DNA of 64,000 nt from Paraspadella gotoi (Eukaryota; Animalia; Chaetognatha). A program made the translations under genes and the position numbers. The notes beneath the pieces were generated by a model that had not been told where the DNA came from, did no database searches, and worked only from the letters and a program-made list of their open reading frames with translations. The DNA lies in NCBI GenBank assembly GCA_051294375.1, contig CM119266.1, positions 14,840,542-14,904,541 of the forward strand, written 5' to 3'. Numbering within the stretch: the stretch's first letter is position 1; every line of letters starts with the position of its first letter. Positions 24,501 to 36,600 of this stretch are shown here, piece by piece.

Positions 24501-25607
24501 ATTGGTGCCGGAGGCTCCCAACCCAAAGGTCCGGGGTTCTAGCCGGTGGCTGCCTAGCAGTTAAGGGGACGGGGCGCTTAACCCGCCTGTAACACGGTGT
24601 TACAGCCTGATCCGAAGCATCAGGGACTGCTTATATTGAAGCGGTTCTGTCACTAACACATAATAATAATTACTGTCTCTTCATCTCTAACCTTTAACCT
24701 AAGTTTAAGCTCAAAAGCTTTTTTGAGAATAAGGCCCAACTACTAACAGAGATGGCTCTATTTTACTACAAATAATTATAAAAGATATATATATCAAATA
24801 AAAGTTTTAGGCAAATAAGCTCCACCCTAATTAATATGGCATACAAAGTAAAGACTTTGGAAACCCTCAACGCCTAGAAAATCCTTGGATGAACACATGA
24901 AATTCTATCGAGGATCTAAAAGGATAGCCTGTAAGAAACAAATCAATTCTCTTTTAAAGATTTACGATCTTTCCTAAGAAACTAATATATGTAAATCGAA
25001 TTTTCGACGATCTTCCAACAACAAAAAAAAAAAAAAATCGTCCCCAAAGCGTCACCTTCAACGTGACGTTCGACGAGACGGCCAACTCTGGCCGCTCCGA
25101 CTCGGCCTCGCAAAGGATCGTCGAGTTGTGATGCTCCCGAAGGATCTTGATCTGCGCGGAGACGGTCACGGGTCCGCCGCCTCTTCCTCCGAAGGGCCTC
25201 GTCGGCAACTTCTTGAAGCCTCTCCTCCGCTCGTCCGTCATATAGAGCGCCAACGCGGCAGGCGGGTCTCCGTTGCGGTGCAGCATGCAGGTCAGCGGCA
25301 GCACGCTGTCCTCCTTGATCCACTGCGTTTCGTCGAAGACGAGGAAAGGCTTTTCAGGCGGGAACTCGACGAAGATCTCGGCGGAGGCAGTGACGGCGTC
25401 GCGGAGGTTGCTCTCCTGTGAGTCGAGGAGTGGGCGGAAAAAAGAAAGGAACAATGAACGAAATCATCAATGTTAACTTCAGTCTATCATTCAATGAATC
25501 AATCAATTGAGTCATTCAATCCATCAGTAAATAAATAAATAAATATGAGTAAAAAAGATTTAAAAAAAAAAAAAAAAAAAAAATAAATAAATTAAATAAA
25601 TAAATAA

Positions 25608-25666
<59 letters not shown>

Positions 25667-27523
25667 AATAAATAATTAATAAGTAATTATCAATCAATCA
25701 CTGTATGAAATAAAACTACCAATCGACTATTGATCAATCAATCAAAATATCAACCAAATCATTCAAAACGCAACTTCACCTGTTGCGTGAAGCGTTCTGC
25801 GCTGCGCACGTGACATCGAGTCCGTGTCGTCACGCGTGAATCGACCGGAAGAGGAGACGAAGCCGTCGCCGTCGCCGCCGGGAGACGCCGTCGAAGGAGT
25901 TCTTGAGGACGGCGCCGTTGAAGATCCAGACGATCTGGTTTTTCAGATCGAATAATCAATTAGTTTATCAATCAATCAATCTATGAAAACAAATCAATCA
26001 ACCAAAGAATAAATCGATAAAAAAATAAAAAAAAGAAATAATGAATGAATGAATGAATGAATGAAATGAATGAATGAATGAATGAATGAATATGATTGAT
26101 TGATTGAAAAAATGAATCAATTTTTCTACTAAAAATTAAAGTATAAATAATTCGAACTAACAACTGACCTTGGTGTCCTCGGAGGCGGCGATCCTGCATC
26201 TCAACGTGACCTCCTTCCCCTCCGAGACTCTCATCGGGTTCGTGAGTCGAGACCCAAGTCGCTCGAGCCGGACGACCGGAAGCGAAGAGCGATGGAGGCG
26301 AATCTCCGAAGTCACGCCGGTCTGAGGAAATATATGAAACTAAATATTAATAAAATTAAATTTATATGGCAGGAGTTAATTAACGAAGACCTTTAAAAGA
26401 AAAAAGATAAAAGAACGAATTAAAATTTAGTATAAATATCGTGGTAAAAACCTTTCTTTTTTCGTTGTTATATGTATTGAGGCAAAATGGTTTTGGTTTA
26501 CAACGAATTTTATTTTTCATAGAAAACGTACATGTTTTGACGCTGAAGAAGGCTTGCATCTAAAGCCGAAACATGTACGTTTTCTATGAAAAATAAAATT
26601 CGTTGAAAACCAAAACCATTTTGCCTCAGTATAAATATCAAACAATCATTCAATCAATTAATCAATCACTAAATTATTAAATTAATCAACAAATCAAACA
26701 ATTATTGCTATCGATCAATCATTGGGTCAATCAGTCCGTTAATTCATCAATCAATTAACTCATTCAATAAAATCATTTTAAAAATGAATAACTAAAAACG
26801 TAAACAAAACCAAAGCCTCGTTCTCACCCTGTCTCCGTCCCTTTTGACGCCGGGGACGACGGTTTCCACGTCGCAAACGTAAGTTCCGAAGTCGTCGACG
26901 TCGACGCCCTTGACTTCGAGGACGGAGCGCCGGTTGGGGACCCCGTCGGGCACCTCTGAAGAATACGAGGAAATCGATGGAGAATTAAATTACATAAGAG
27001 TCACAGAGATTAATATGCATTGAATCGTTTGAACGAATGAGACGTCGAAAAGAAAATAAAAAAAAGGCGAAAAACAAAAGGGGGGAAAAAAAACCGGAGA
27101 ACGTTGACACGTCGACGGGAATTAATGAGACAAAACAACAAGACGCGACGAAAGCCACAAGAAAGGCGGAGACTCTAATGGGATTAAATGGGAATGAGAT
27201 GGATTCAAACCGTAAGCATGATGCGGTCAAAAAGAAAGATCTAGAATTAAAATTAAATTATAATAAGAATAGGCGAAGAAGTTAGCTTAAAAGGAAATAA
27301 ATAAATCCTGAAAAGACAACTGTTAATGTTATCCCTAAAATCTGTTCATTCAATTCGTTCATTTAACAACCTTGAAGATGATGTTCTATCTTGGATCTGG
27401 GCATCATGAAAGCGATGGAACCGTCTTGCACCGTGACCAGCTGTCGCCCGTTTCGGTACCAGAAGATCCGAGACTCCAAACTTCCATATTTGGAATAATC
27501 GCAAGTTAAATTGACCGACGTCC
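18540..27523 (-). CDS. Immunoglobulin-superfamily type I membrane protein (nephrin/Kirre/CADM-like architecture), 5' incomplete
   Basis: Minus-strand exons: 27523-27371 (GTSVNLTC..IFWYRNG), 26955-26828 (SVLEV..DDFGTYVC), 26321-26169 (EGKEVTLRC), 25934-25780 (IVWIFNG..VTCAAQN, contains indels), 25415-25056 (LPLTC..HNSTILCEA) and 20315-18540. The last exon holds two Ig domains, TM LVGGLLAILIVTAVCVCCL, a basic stop-transfer, a Ser/Pro-rich tail and C-terminal VTAV. At least five Ig domains. Confidence 0.85.
21079..21094 (+). promoter_or_regulatory. Degenerate tRNA-Trp primer-binding site
   Basis: TGGTGAACCCAACGT versus the tRNA-Trp PBS TGGTGACCCCGACGT, placed just after a CA (putative LTR end) and before the gag-like region. 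Confidence 0.55.
21079..24385 (+). mobile_element. Decayed Ty3/Gypsy LTR retrotransposon in an intron of the Ig gene (antisense to host)
   Basis: Frameshifted pol motifs: IDLLKGYHQIPVADEDVPKIGVITP (RT), a degenerate xDILVAS..EEHL YxDD region, and RNase H DASDIAVGAV..WEPLAFF. A PBS-like tggtgaacccaacgt follows ...ctaca. Many stops and indels. Confidence 0.85.
26441..26627 (+). mobile_element. Short foldback insertion flanked by a 12-bp direct repeat, Penelope/retrozyme-like
   Basis: About 60-bp near-perfect inverted arms (26478-26537 / 26569-26628). The direct repeat agtataaatatc lies at 26429-26440 and 26628-26639. Confidence 0.75.
26539..26581 (+). ncRNA. Minimal type I hammerhead ribozyme motif
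   Basis: gacg-CTGAAGA-a-ggctt(gcatcta)aagcc-GAAA-catg-TA-cgtt. Conserved CUGANGA and GAAA boxes, a 5-bp stem II, palindromic stem III ACATGT, a GUA cleavage triplet (after 26577) and a 4-bp stem I. Confidence 0.7.
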
Positions 27524-27655
27524 CTGAGAAGAAAAGATGGATTAGGCAAATGAAGTTTGAAGAAAAATGATGATTTCCTATCGATCGATGGACCACACTT
27601 CATCGAGATTTGGTTTTTGGTAAAAGGTCATTTATCATTCAATTTTTTTTTCTTT

Positions 27656-27975
27656 NNNNNNNNNNNNNNNNNNNNNNNNNNNNNNNNNNNNNNNNNNNNN
27701 NNNNNNNNNNNNNNNNNNNNNNNNNNNNNNNNNNNNNNNNNNNNNNNNNNNNNNNNNNNNNNNNNNNNNNNNNNNNNNNNNNNNNNNNNNNNNNNNNNNN
27801 NNNNNNNNNNNNNNNNNNNNNNNNNNNNNNNNNNNNNNNNNNNNNNNNNNNNNNNNNNNNNNNNNNNNNNNNNNNNNNNNNNNNNNNNNNNNNNNNNNNN
27901 NNNNNNNNNNNNNNNNNNNNNNNNNNNNNNNNNNNNNNNNNNNNNNNNNNNNNNNNNNNNNNNNNNNNNNNNNNN
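27656..27975. other. Assembly gap (N run)
   Basis: Other gaps at 29145-29389, 50350-50374, 51599-51608, 53673-53682, 58869-58893 and 61870-61881. Confidence 1.
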
Positions 27976-29583
27976 AGAAAGAGAGAAAATTGGATTAGAC
28001 TCTCGATGACCGAGCGAATCTCGTGAGAAATCGTGGGCAGAATGTGAAGAGGTGGAGTTCGTTTAACGGATTAGGTTATATTACTAAGATATTAAGATAG
28101 AGTACTCGTAGAAACTTTCACGCAATAAATTAACTGATATATAAGATGAATTTTTATAATTTTTTGTTTTTTTTATTAATTTTATTAATTTTTATTAATT
28201 TTTAGGTGCTTTTTGTCGCCCGCTTTTTATTATGTTATTTCGGACCAAACAGACGAAAAAAACGTATACTTTACGATTAATATTAATTTAACGAATGATT
28301 CTATTATGATTTTAAAGAATATTTTCTCACCTAAAGGAGCAAAGACGGAACGAGTCGGTGACGAAACGAAGGCGCTCGACGCCAAAGGAAAAATTGCCAA
28401 AAGGCAAACCGACTGCAGTATGCAAATTAAATTAAAGCGCTGCGGTAGCCTAGTCATGGTGATGGCTAAATCATGGGGGGTCTATAAGTGAAAATGGGGG
28501 CTCACGGTTTGGTTTTTTTTGGCGATGAAGGGGAGGGAGGAAGTGAGCTTGGGAAAGGGTCAAAACGATTTAAGAGAGAAAAAAAAAGTCTGGTTTTCAC
28601 TTCTTTGGGGCCAAATTTCACGCCTGTCGTGATTTTCATTTAGAGAAAAAGTTTTTTTTCTTTTTTCATCCAACTGGATTCGAATCCATTATTTTCTCAG
28701 TTTTTTTTTTCCTTTTTCTTTTTACTCAAGACGGAAAATTGTGTGTTTTTTTTTCATCCGGTCGGAAAATGGGTTTTCTCTTTTTTAAGTTTCTTTCTCT
28801 TTGGCGTTTTGTCCTTGAAGAAATATGTCGTCGTCGTCATCGTCGTCATCCTTGACTGACGACATTTTTTTTCATCGCAATTGTGAAGGATTTTTTTTTT
28901 TAGTCCAAGCCTTGCTCGAGGAACGGTGAAGGACCAGGCAGTGATCTAGAAGGATAATACAAAAATCATTAGTTCAGTTGATTATTTTTTTAAAAAAGTA
29001 TTGACATCAGATATGTGAACTTGTATTTTTAATGGTTTTCGTTTTCTTTATCAAGCAACTCGGATTTCATTTTTTCCTTCAATCTCGAATTAAAAAAAAA
29101 TCATTAACGGTGCGGCTTTAAAACGTTGCTCGTCTCTCATAAAANNNNNNNNNNNNNNNNNNNNNNNNNNNNNNNNNNNNNNNNNNNNNNNNNNNNNNNN
29201 NNNNNNNNNNNNNNNNNNNNNNNNNNNNNNNNNNNNNNNNNNNNNNNNNNNNNNNNNNNNNNNNNNNNNNNNNNNNNNNNNNNNNNNNNNNNNNNNNNNN
29301 NNNNNNNNNNNNNNNNNNNNNNNNNNNNNNNNNNNNNNNNNNNNNNNNNNNNNNNNNNNNNNNNNNNNNNNNNNNNNNNNNNNNNNNNNTAATTTGCCGC
29401 GTTTTTCTTTTCTTTCTTTTTTGTGACGAACCCGATAGTTTTCTAGTCACTTATATGAGGTCGATGTATGTGATAATTTTTAACCACTTTTTCTGACATT
29501 TAAATTTTATTAATGTTTTTGCTTTTAGGGCTGAAAGAAATTTTAACACAAATATGTAGAAAGGCCATGAGATATTGAACTAT

Positions 29584-29584
29584 T

Positions 29585-29660
<76 letters not shown>

Positions 29661-29776
29661 TATTTATTTATTTATTTATTTCTTTCTTTCTCTCTTTCAT
29701 TCATTCATTCATTCATTCATTCATTCATTCATTCATTCATTCATTCATTCTTTCATTCATTCATTCATTCATTCAT
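29584..29776. repeat. Compound tetranucleotide microsatellite (TTTC)n-(TTTA)n-(TTCA)n
   Basis: Directly visible. Related (TAAA)n at ~25580-25680 and (ATGA)n at ~26040-26100 and ~41268-41370. Confidence 0.95.
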
Positions 29777-32313
29777 TTTTTTTAAAACTCGTTCATTTCC
29801 CCTCGGAGTCGGGCCATGTTCGTCTACAATCTCTAATTCTTCTTCTCCCTTTGGCAGAATTTCGGAAGTTTATTTATTTTCCATTTCGTTAGAATTTAAA
29901 AAAAAAAGAAAACGAAAGTCTTTAATCGAATACACCCATCATGTGGCTTATTTATAAAATATAAGTCAGAAAGCGAAACAGATTATTTATTGAATGAATG
30001 AATGAAAAAAATTATTATAATGGTTGTACCGAATTTCATAAATTGTAACAAAAAGTGGCCGAAATTCGGTCGACGGTTTCGAAAAAAAAAAACTGCTTGC
30101 AGCGAATTACCAAAATAAAAAAGCTGTCGTCGTCCAAATAGCAATAGAAAAGAAGAAAAAAAAATGAGAGAGGAAGGGCGGCGATATGAATTTGCAAATC
30201 GAATCAAGTCGCATTGTATCCTGGCACCGGGTGAAATAAAAAAAGCCCGGGGTTCGCGCTTATTTCGGTTTAGGACGGTCGTCCGCCCCGTAATTACATT
30301 GTAACTGAAATACGAGGCAGTTAAAATCCGGGGCCGCGTCTTATATCCTCCTTGTTTTGGAAGGATCAAAGGAGGGGGGGGGCGAGAGGGGGTCGATTTT
30401 ATTTTGTTTGCTTTCTATAGCCGCTTATATGGTCCGCCTCTTTTCTTTATGGTTTGTTTTTGTTTTTCTCGCGAATACTTATTTTAACTTAGTTAACTTT
30501 TTTTTAAAAGGTTTTTTTACCCGATGAATTTTCGAAACCAATTTTTTTTTTGGGGGGGGGCTTGGTTATTGAATTAACCAAATGCCGAGGAATGTCGATC
30601 GCGTATTTTCAAAAAATAAATATTCTCTCTCTTATAAGTAGCGTCGTTTGAAACTGCCGGCGACAATCGGAACTTATCAATTAATTAAGACCGACGCGTA
30701 GTTTATTCAAAGTTGTCGTTAACGAGCGGAGGCTGATGACTGGAGAGAGAGATACCTTGTTAAAACGTGAAGGATGTGAAGGTTATCAAGCGGATTAGAT
30801 AAATTGGCCATATTTTTCATTCATAAGAAAATGGAAAATGAATCGAAATGACGATTACAAAAAGTTTTTTTTTGGTCTGTTTCGCCCTGTTTTGTTTTAT
30901 AATTTTCTAATATTGAATAACTTATCCAAACGGCCGGGAAATAAAAAAAATCAAAACCAACGTTAATAAGTTTGGGTTTTTGAAAAATATGAACTTTTAT
31001 TTTATTTTTTTTTACGATGACCATTTCACAGGCTTTAACAATTTTCGCTCAAAAATATTGAGTAAAATTCGACGAAAATAATTTTCTAGGAAAAATTTGA
31101 GTTTGGGACTCAACAAAATAACCTGAATTTTTTTTGTGTGTCGGTAGGCGAATGAGAGAATTTTGAATAGGCGTATACTCATTGAGGCAGAGAGCAGTAA
31201 GAGAAGAGAGAGAGGCAGATGAGAGAGCAGATGAGAGAGAGAGACGAAGAGAGAGAGAGAGAGAGAAGAGAAGAGAGACGCGACAACAAGGGGGATGGAG
31301 GGGGAAGCAAAATGCAGGAGAGCGAATATATGCTTTTTGACGAACGCAGGTAAATCCGAGAAAAACTCAGTGGACATGGGTAGACGTCGTCGTCGCCATC
31401 GTTGTCGTGCGTTATCGTCGTCGTCGCCATCGTTCGTTCGTCATCGTCGTCCGTCGTCGTCGTCGTCGTCGTCGTCGTCATCGGTGTTGGTTGCGCACAA
31501 AGTTGATTCTTTTCAAACCGTTGTTCGTAAAAAATGGACAAAAAAAGGGCAAAGATCATCGGATGTTTTTGAATGGAATTCCGGAACCTCTGGTTACTCC
31601 CCCCCCGCCCAACTATGAGTCAGGCCTTATTAGGCGAGGTCTATAGAATCGGTGATGACGACGACGACGATGATGACTACGCAACGGTTACTTGGTAAAG
31701 AGACGGTGTAACTGCCCTGAATAAAAAAAAAAAAAAAAACCCAAGTAGGCGCAATTCACCCCCCTCTGTTCAGGTGTGCCATAACGATTATGCTTATTTT
31801 ACTCGATTGGAAATTCTATTTCTAACATGGAAGGCGATGGCGCACAACCGGCGCGACGCATCGACGCATCGACGCATCGACGCATCGACGAATCGACGCG
31901 GCGGTCGCGGATTACGCGTCACGGATCACGGACGCGGAGACGGAATAGACGACGACCGTGGCTCCACTGACGGCGACGAAAATGACGACGAAGAAAACCT
32001 TAGAAAACTAGAACACCCTGTGCCAAAGTGTCACCAAATCTATTGGAAGGAAAAAAAAACCGGCATAATTACGAATTTCATGATGAATGGAATCGACAGA
32101 CGATGACGACGACGATAGCGACGAAAGACGACAAGGAAGATATTAAAGTAAAAAAGATATATTTTTATACTGTTTAGCATAGAGATGTCTTTACAGATGG
32201 GTTTTTTCACCATACATACCTCGTTTTTCAAAAATCATAAAAGCTATAAAAAAAGTAATAGATTTAAATCAATTCGCTAATAAATATGTTTTACGGAAAG
32301 AGGTGATAAGACC

Positions 32314-32314
32314 A

Positions 32315-32346
<32 letters not shown>

Positions 32347-32520
32347 AGCCACGACGATAAAGCCAAAGCCAATCGAAACGACGACGAGGAGGACGACGAC
32401 GACGACGTGGACGACGACGACGACGTGGACGACGACGATAAGACCACCGAATCTGCAATCGTTTCAATCGACAATCGGGAAGAAAATTGAATCGACGACG
32501 ACGACGACAACGACGACTAA
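32314..32520. repeat. (GAC)n trinucleotide-rich tract
   Basis: Interrupted acgacgacg runs that read as a Thr-rich ORF in one frame. Confidence 0.85.
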
Positions 32521-33582
32521 GACGATGGCGATTTATGAGTCAACGTCGCTGACCGCGAGGGTCATCCGATGGACTCGAAGACGGACAAAGGGACGCGACG
32601 GATCGTCGTCGGGAGTCGCGGTCGAATCCCATGACCGTCGCGCGGGAAGGAGAGTCACGTGATAATCACGTGATTGCTTCGGATTCGTCACGGAAAAAAA
32701 TCGAGTTATTGTTCGGAAAGACTTCGTTGGAAGCGCGGTGATACAGGGTGGTCGTAGTAGATTGACGGCGAGAGAGTCTTGCCACCTTGAAACCTTGGTA
32801 ATTTTGCCCACAGGAGGTTTTTTGTGTCTCTTGGTTTTTGTGGTTCTCAATTCGAGGGCAGTGGTTCAGTTTACCGGGGACAGAACTCACAAATCACCGT
32901 CAGGCTAAGTTTTCTCAGAATAATTGTTTTTTAATAGAATATATTCAAGATAGAAGAATAAAAGATTATAAGAAGCGTTATAGTGTCTGTGACTTTGGGA
33001 TAAACGCCTTTGGTCACTGTTATGTTAATAATTCCGCATGAATAAAAGGAGTTCTTCTAATTCTCACTCCGTTTAAGAAACCGGGTGGTCTCTGTTAGTT
33101 TGACCGTCGTGAACCCCGAAGTGAAGTCCCGTGGGACTCACAAACGATCGCCGGTGAATTCCAGATGTCGTTTTCGCGGTATTCACACAGTCTTATTTTT
33201 TCCGTCTTGTTTATTTACTTTTTTAAAAATTCGATTAGGCCATTCGTGGCTAAAATTGAACAGGCGAAGATTATTTAATTTCTTGAAAATTTTTAAAATA
33301 AAATTGACTTCGGCGACCGGGTTCCAAGCGGCTCTGCGCTTGGGCGACCAAGACCGGTTGCGTCACGGACGATAAAATTTCATTCCAAAGAATTAAAAAA
33401 AAAAAACAAAAAAAAAAAAACAACAACAACAAAAGGTAAGACTTTGGTTAAAAGAAAAATTAAATCAAAACAAAAAACAACAAAAAACGAATGGTTTTCC
33501 TGGCGTGAAATCTGGGCGATTAACACGCCAGCGAAGATAAAAACGAAAAGAGCGGAAATAGGAAGACGGGACACTGAGATGT

Positions 33583-33671
<89 letters not shown>

Positions 33672-36600
33672 TGTGTTGGGCGAATTAGTTTTGATCTCGT
33701 AGTCAAAGTCGCTTTTCGCCAGACTTGGGATGAAATGATTAAAAAACTTTGTATTTGACGTCGGGATAAAAGCGAGAGAGGAGGAGGAGAAGGAGGAAGA
33801 GGAAGAGGAGGATGAATGTGAAAAGAAGGAAGAGGAAGAGTCAAAGCTTTTCCCGGGGGTCGGACGGGAATGATGGGGGGGAAGGGGGGGGGGCCATCGC
33901 AACCTCATTCACGAATGTGAAAAGAAACTTATGATCGGGAAACATATCTTCCCTCCAAGACCGCTAGATTGTTTATTGGACGAGAAAAAACCACAGAAAC
34001 AGTGAGCCAAACAAACACGAGTTCGAATCCCGGTTTCGGAAACTCTAAACCCCCCGCAGCCCGATACTGTGTTTATGATATGATATTCCTATATTTGCTT
34101 TTCTCATCTGCCAAAAAAAAAGTGAGGGAGCGAAGCCGGCGTGAAACTGGTCAGGCGTGTGATGTGAATCTGGCTGCAGAGTGAAGGAGAAAGATCTAAG
34201 GACGTAAAGGCGTAAAGAGTGAAGAGTCTCCCATCTTAGACAGCTTTGAGAGTGAGGTAGTCTCTCGTTGGACGAATCTCAAGTCAAGTCACGAGTCCCG
34301 AGTGAATAGTGAAGCGTAAAGAGTGAAGGGACGTCGCGGTAATTAAATTAATTTTAATTTAACTCCGACGTCGAAGAAACCAGGAATTTTATTTTAAAAG
34401 TAATTCCGACCTACTGTGATACCCGGATCACCTGACCTCACTTCACATCGCTTGACAAGTTGTACCGATTTCGTAACAGTCAGTGATAAATAGCAAGTAT
34501 AAAATGGTACCTAATTCGGTATCCAGCATAATTTAATGCCGCTTTGCACTTGTAACGCCCTCTCTTTTCGCCGGGAATCGGAACGGATCGAGGACGAATT
34601 TCGCGCGACAATCGAGATCGCATTTCGTCTGTACTTTCACTCTTCGGATTTGTTTACATTTTTTACTCTTGATTATATTTTGGGTTCGAATATCGAAAAG
34701 GCGAAATTTTGTGGACAATAAACTCCAACAAAGAGTGTAGATCAAAAGACGAGCGAAACACGTCGATTCGAAAAGAAACGGTTCGTAAATTGGATTAATC
34801 GTTTGATAAGTTGAGTTACGAAGAACGACTGGTTAATGAGGTTTGATAAACTCTTGTCTTTTCTAAAACGGTTTACATTCGGTAGAAGGAAAAAAACAAT
34901 GCAAAGAAACGAATTTCACTACTTTTTGCATTTTTAATTCATATCTACTATTATGAGGCGAAGCCTGTGTTTATTTATTTTTTTTTTTTTGTTGACTCAC
35001 GACGACTTTCATTCGATAATCTATATAAGTCGTCCATTCGAGCGCGAAGTCACGGTAGCGCCATCACCTGTCGGCGATGACGCGATCATACCGTCGCCTG
35101 GAACGCCGTCGGGCGATCGGCGCCGACGTTGTCGACACGCCCATATTACTCGCCTCCACGCCCCCTCTCGCCTTTATCCTTTCCGTTGGCGCCTTTTTTA
35201 TTGTGACGCGCGGTCGACGTCGCGAAATTAATCCGGTCGTCACGCGTCGGCGCTCGCCTTCGTCGTCGTCGTTGTTGTTGTTATCTTTGTTGTCGTTAAC
35301 GTCGGTATTGTGTCTCTAGGCTCAGATTTTTTTTTGTGTGTCAGATTATGGTTTTTTTTTCACGAAAACTGCCGAGATTTTCCAATCTATTTTTTTCGTG
35401 GTTTTGTTCATGAATATTTTTTTTCAGTTTTTTAGCATTGTCTTACCCGTATTTCGGTTTTTTAAATGTCATAATTTTGGCATTGTTGATTTGGAAAAAA
35501 AATTACGACGACTTATGTAAATTCGTAATCACACACTATTTTTCGTTCTGTTATGGATGAAAAATGTTTATTTTCTCAAGAAATCAATATATCAATATGA
35601 TATCTTCTTACCCTTTTCCATTCATCTTCATAAATATATATTCACTATCAGAATTGACACTTATTTACCAAACAAAAGCTTTTCTATTGCCCTTTTGTTT
35701 ACATAGACGCCGATCGTCGGTGATCGGTTTTTGACGGAGAAAAGAATCCACGCTTCTCCCTCTGGACTCATTTGTCAAAAAAGATCCCGAAAGAAATTGT
35801 TCGATCGACGGAAAAGTCTGAAAACGTTCCATTGAAAAAACCCTCTATCATTTCCGCATTTAGGGAATTTTTAGTAGATTTTAAACCTTTTCTCGCCTGC
35901 CGTATTTTGATTCATGGCAATAAATTGGGCTAAGGGGTAAAAAGGCTTTTTTTTTTGCGTTTGTCCCTGGACACAGACGCGCAATAAATTAGGTTTTCGC
36001 GCATTCGGCGAATTTTGTCAGGAATTGAGAGAAACTGCGTTTTGAAAGAGAGAAAACAGAAGCCATTTGTCAAAAAAGCATCCTGAGAAACTAACTGGCA
36101 ATTATGACTCTAAAAATACGAATATTATAATTATGATATGTAAATCGCACAGTGAAATTCGCATTGCAAAGCCAGGATGATCTCCAACCGTATTAATTGT
36201 AACTCGTCTTGCTTATAAAGAATTTCACAGATTTATTATTCTTCCAGCTTACGCAAAAATCATTGTTTCTTTCTGTCAGTGAAACGAAAGATTGACGATT
36301 TTTGTTTTAGACATCGGCTATAGGTGGCGTCAAAGAATCGCCAACTGGCCTTTATCGTCTTACTTTCATCCCAGAGAGGAAAAACGTCTCTGTCTCACTC
36401 TCGCTCGGGAAAAAGATTTAAGCGACGCGACCTTCGCCGCGAAAAGCCCGAGTATATGTTTTCGTCACTCGGGCCCATTAGTTTTGAAATCATTTTAGCG
36501 CCCTGCTTTCCCAAGGTGACGGACTCTAAGCTTAAGGGGAGGGCTTGAGGCGAAAAAGTTTTCTTTGCCAATTTTAAAAGTAACTCGTCTTTAACGTTTA

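Noticed and set aside
24490-24550. Possible tRNA gene
   Set aside because: Only a B-box-like string with no complete cloverleaf; at most a SINE head. The same applies to ~36975.
27557-29450. ORFs containing X runs
   Set aside because: Artefacts of N gaps.
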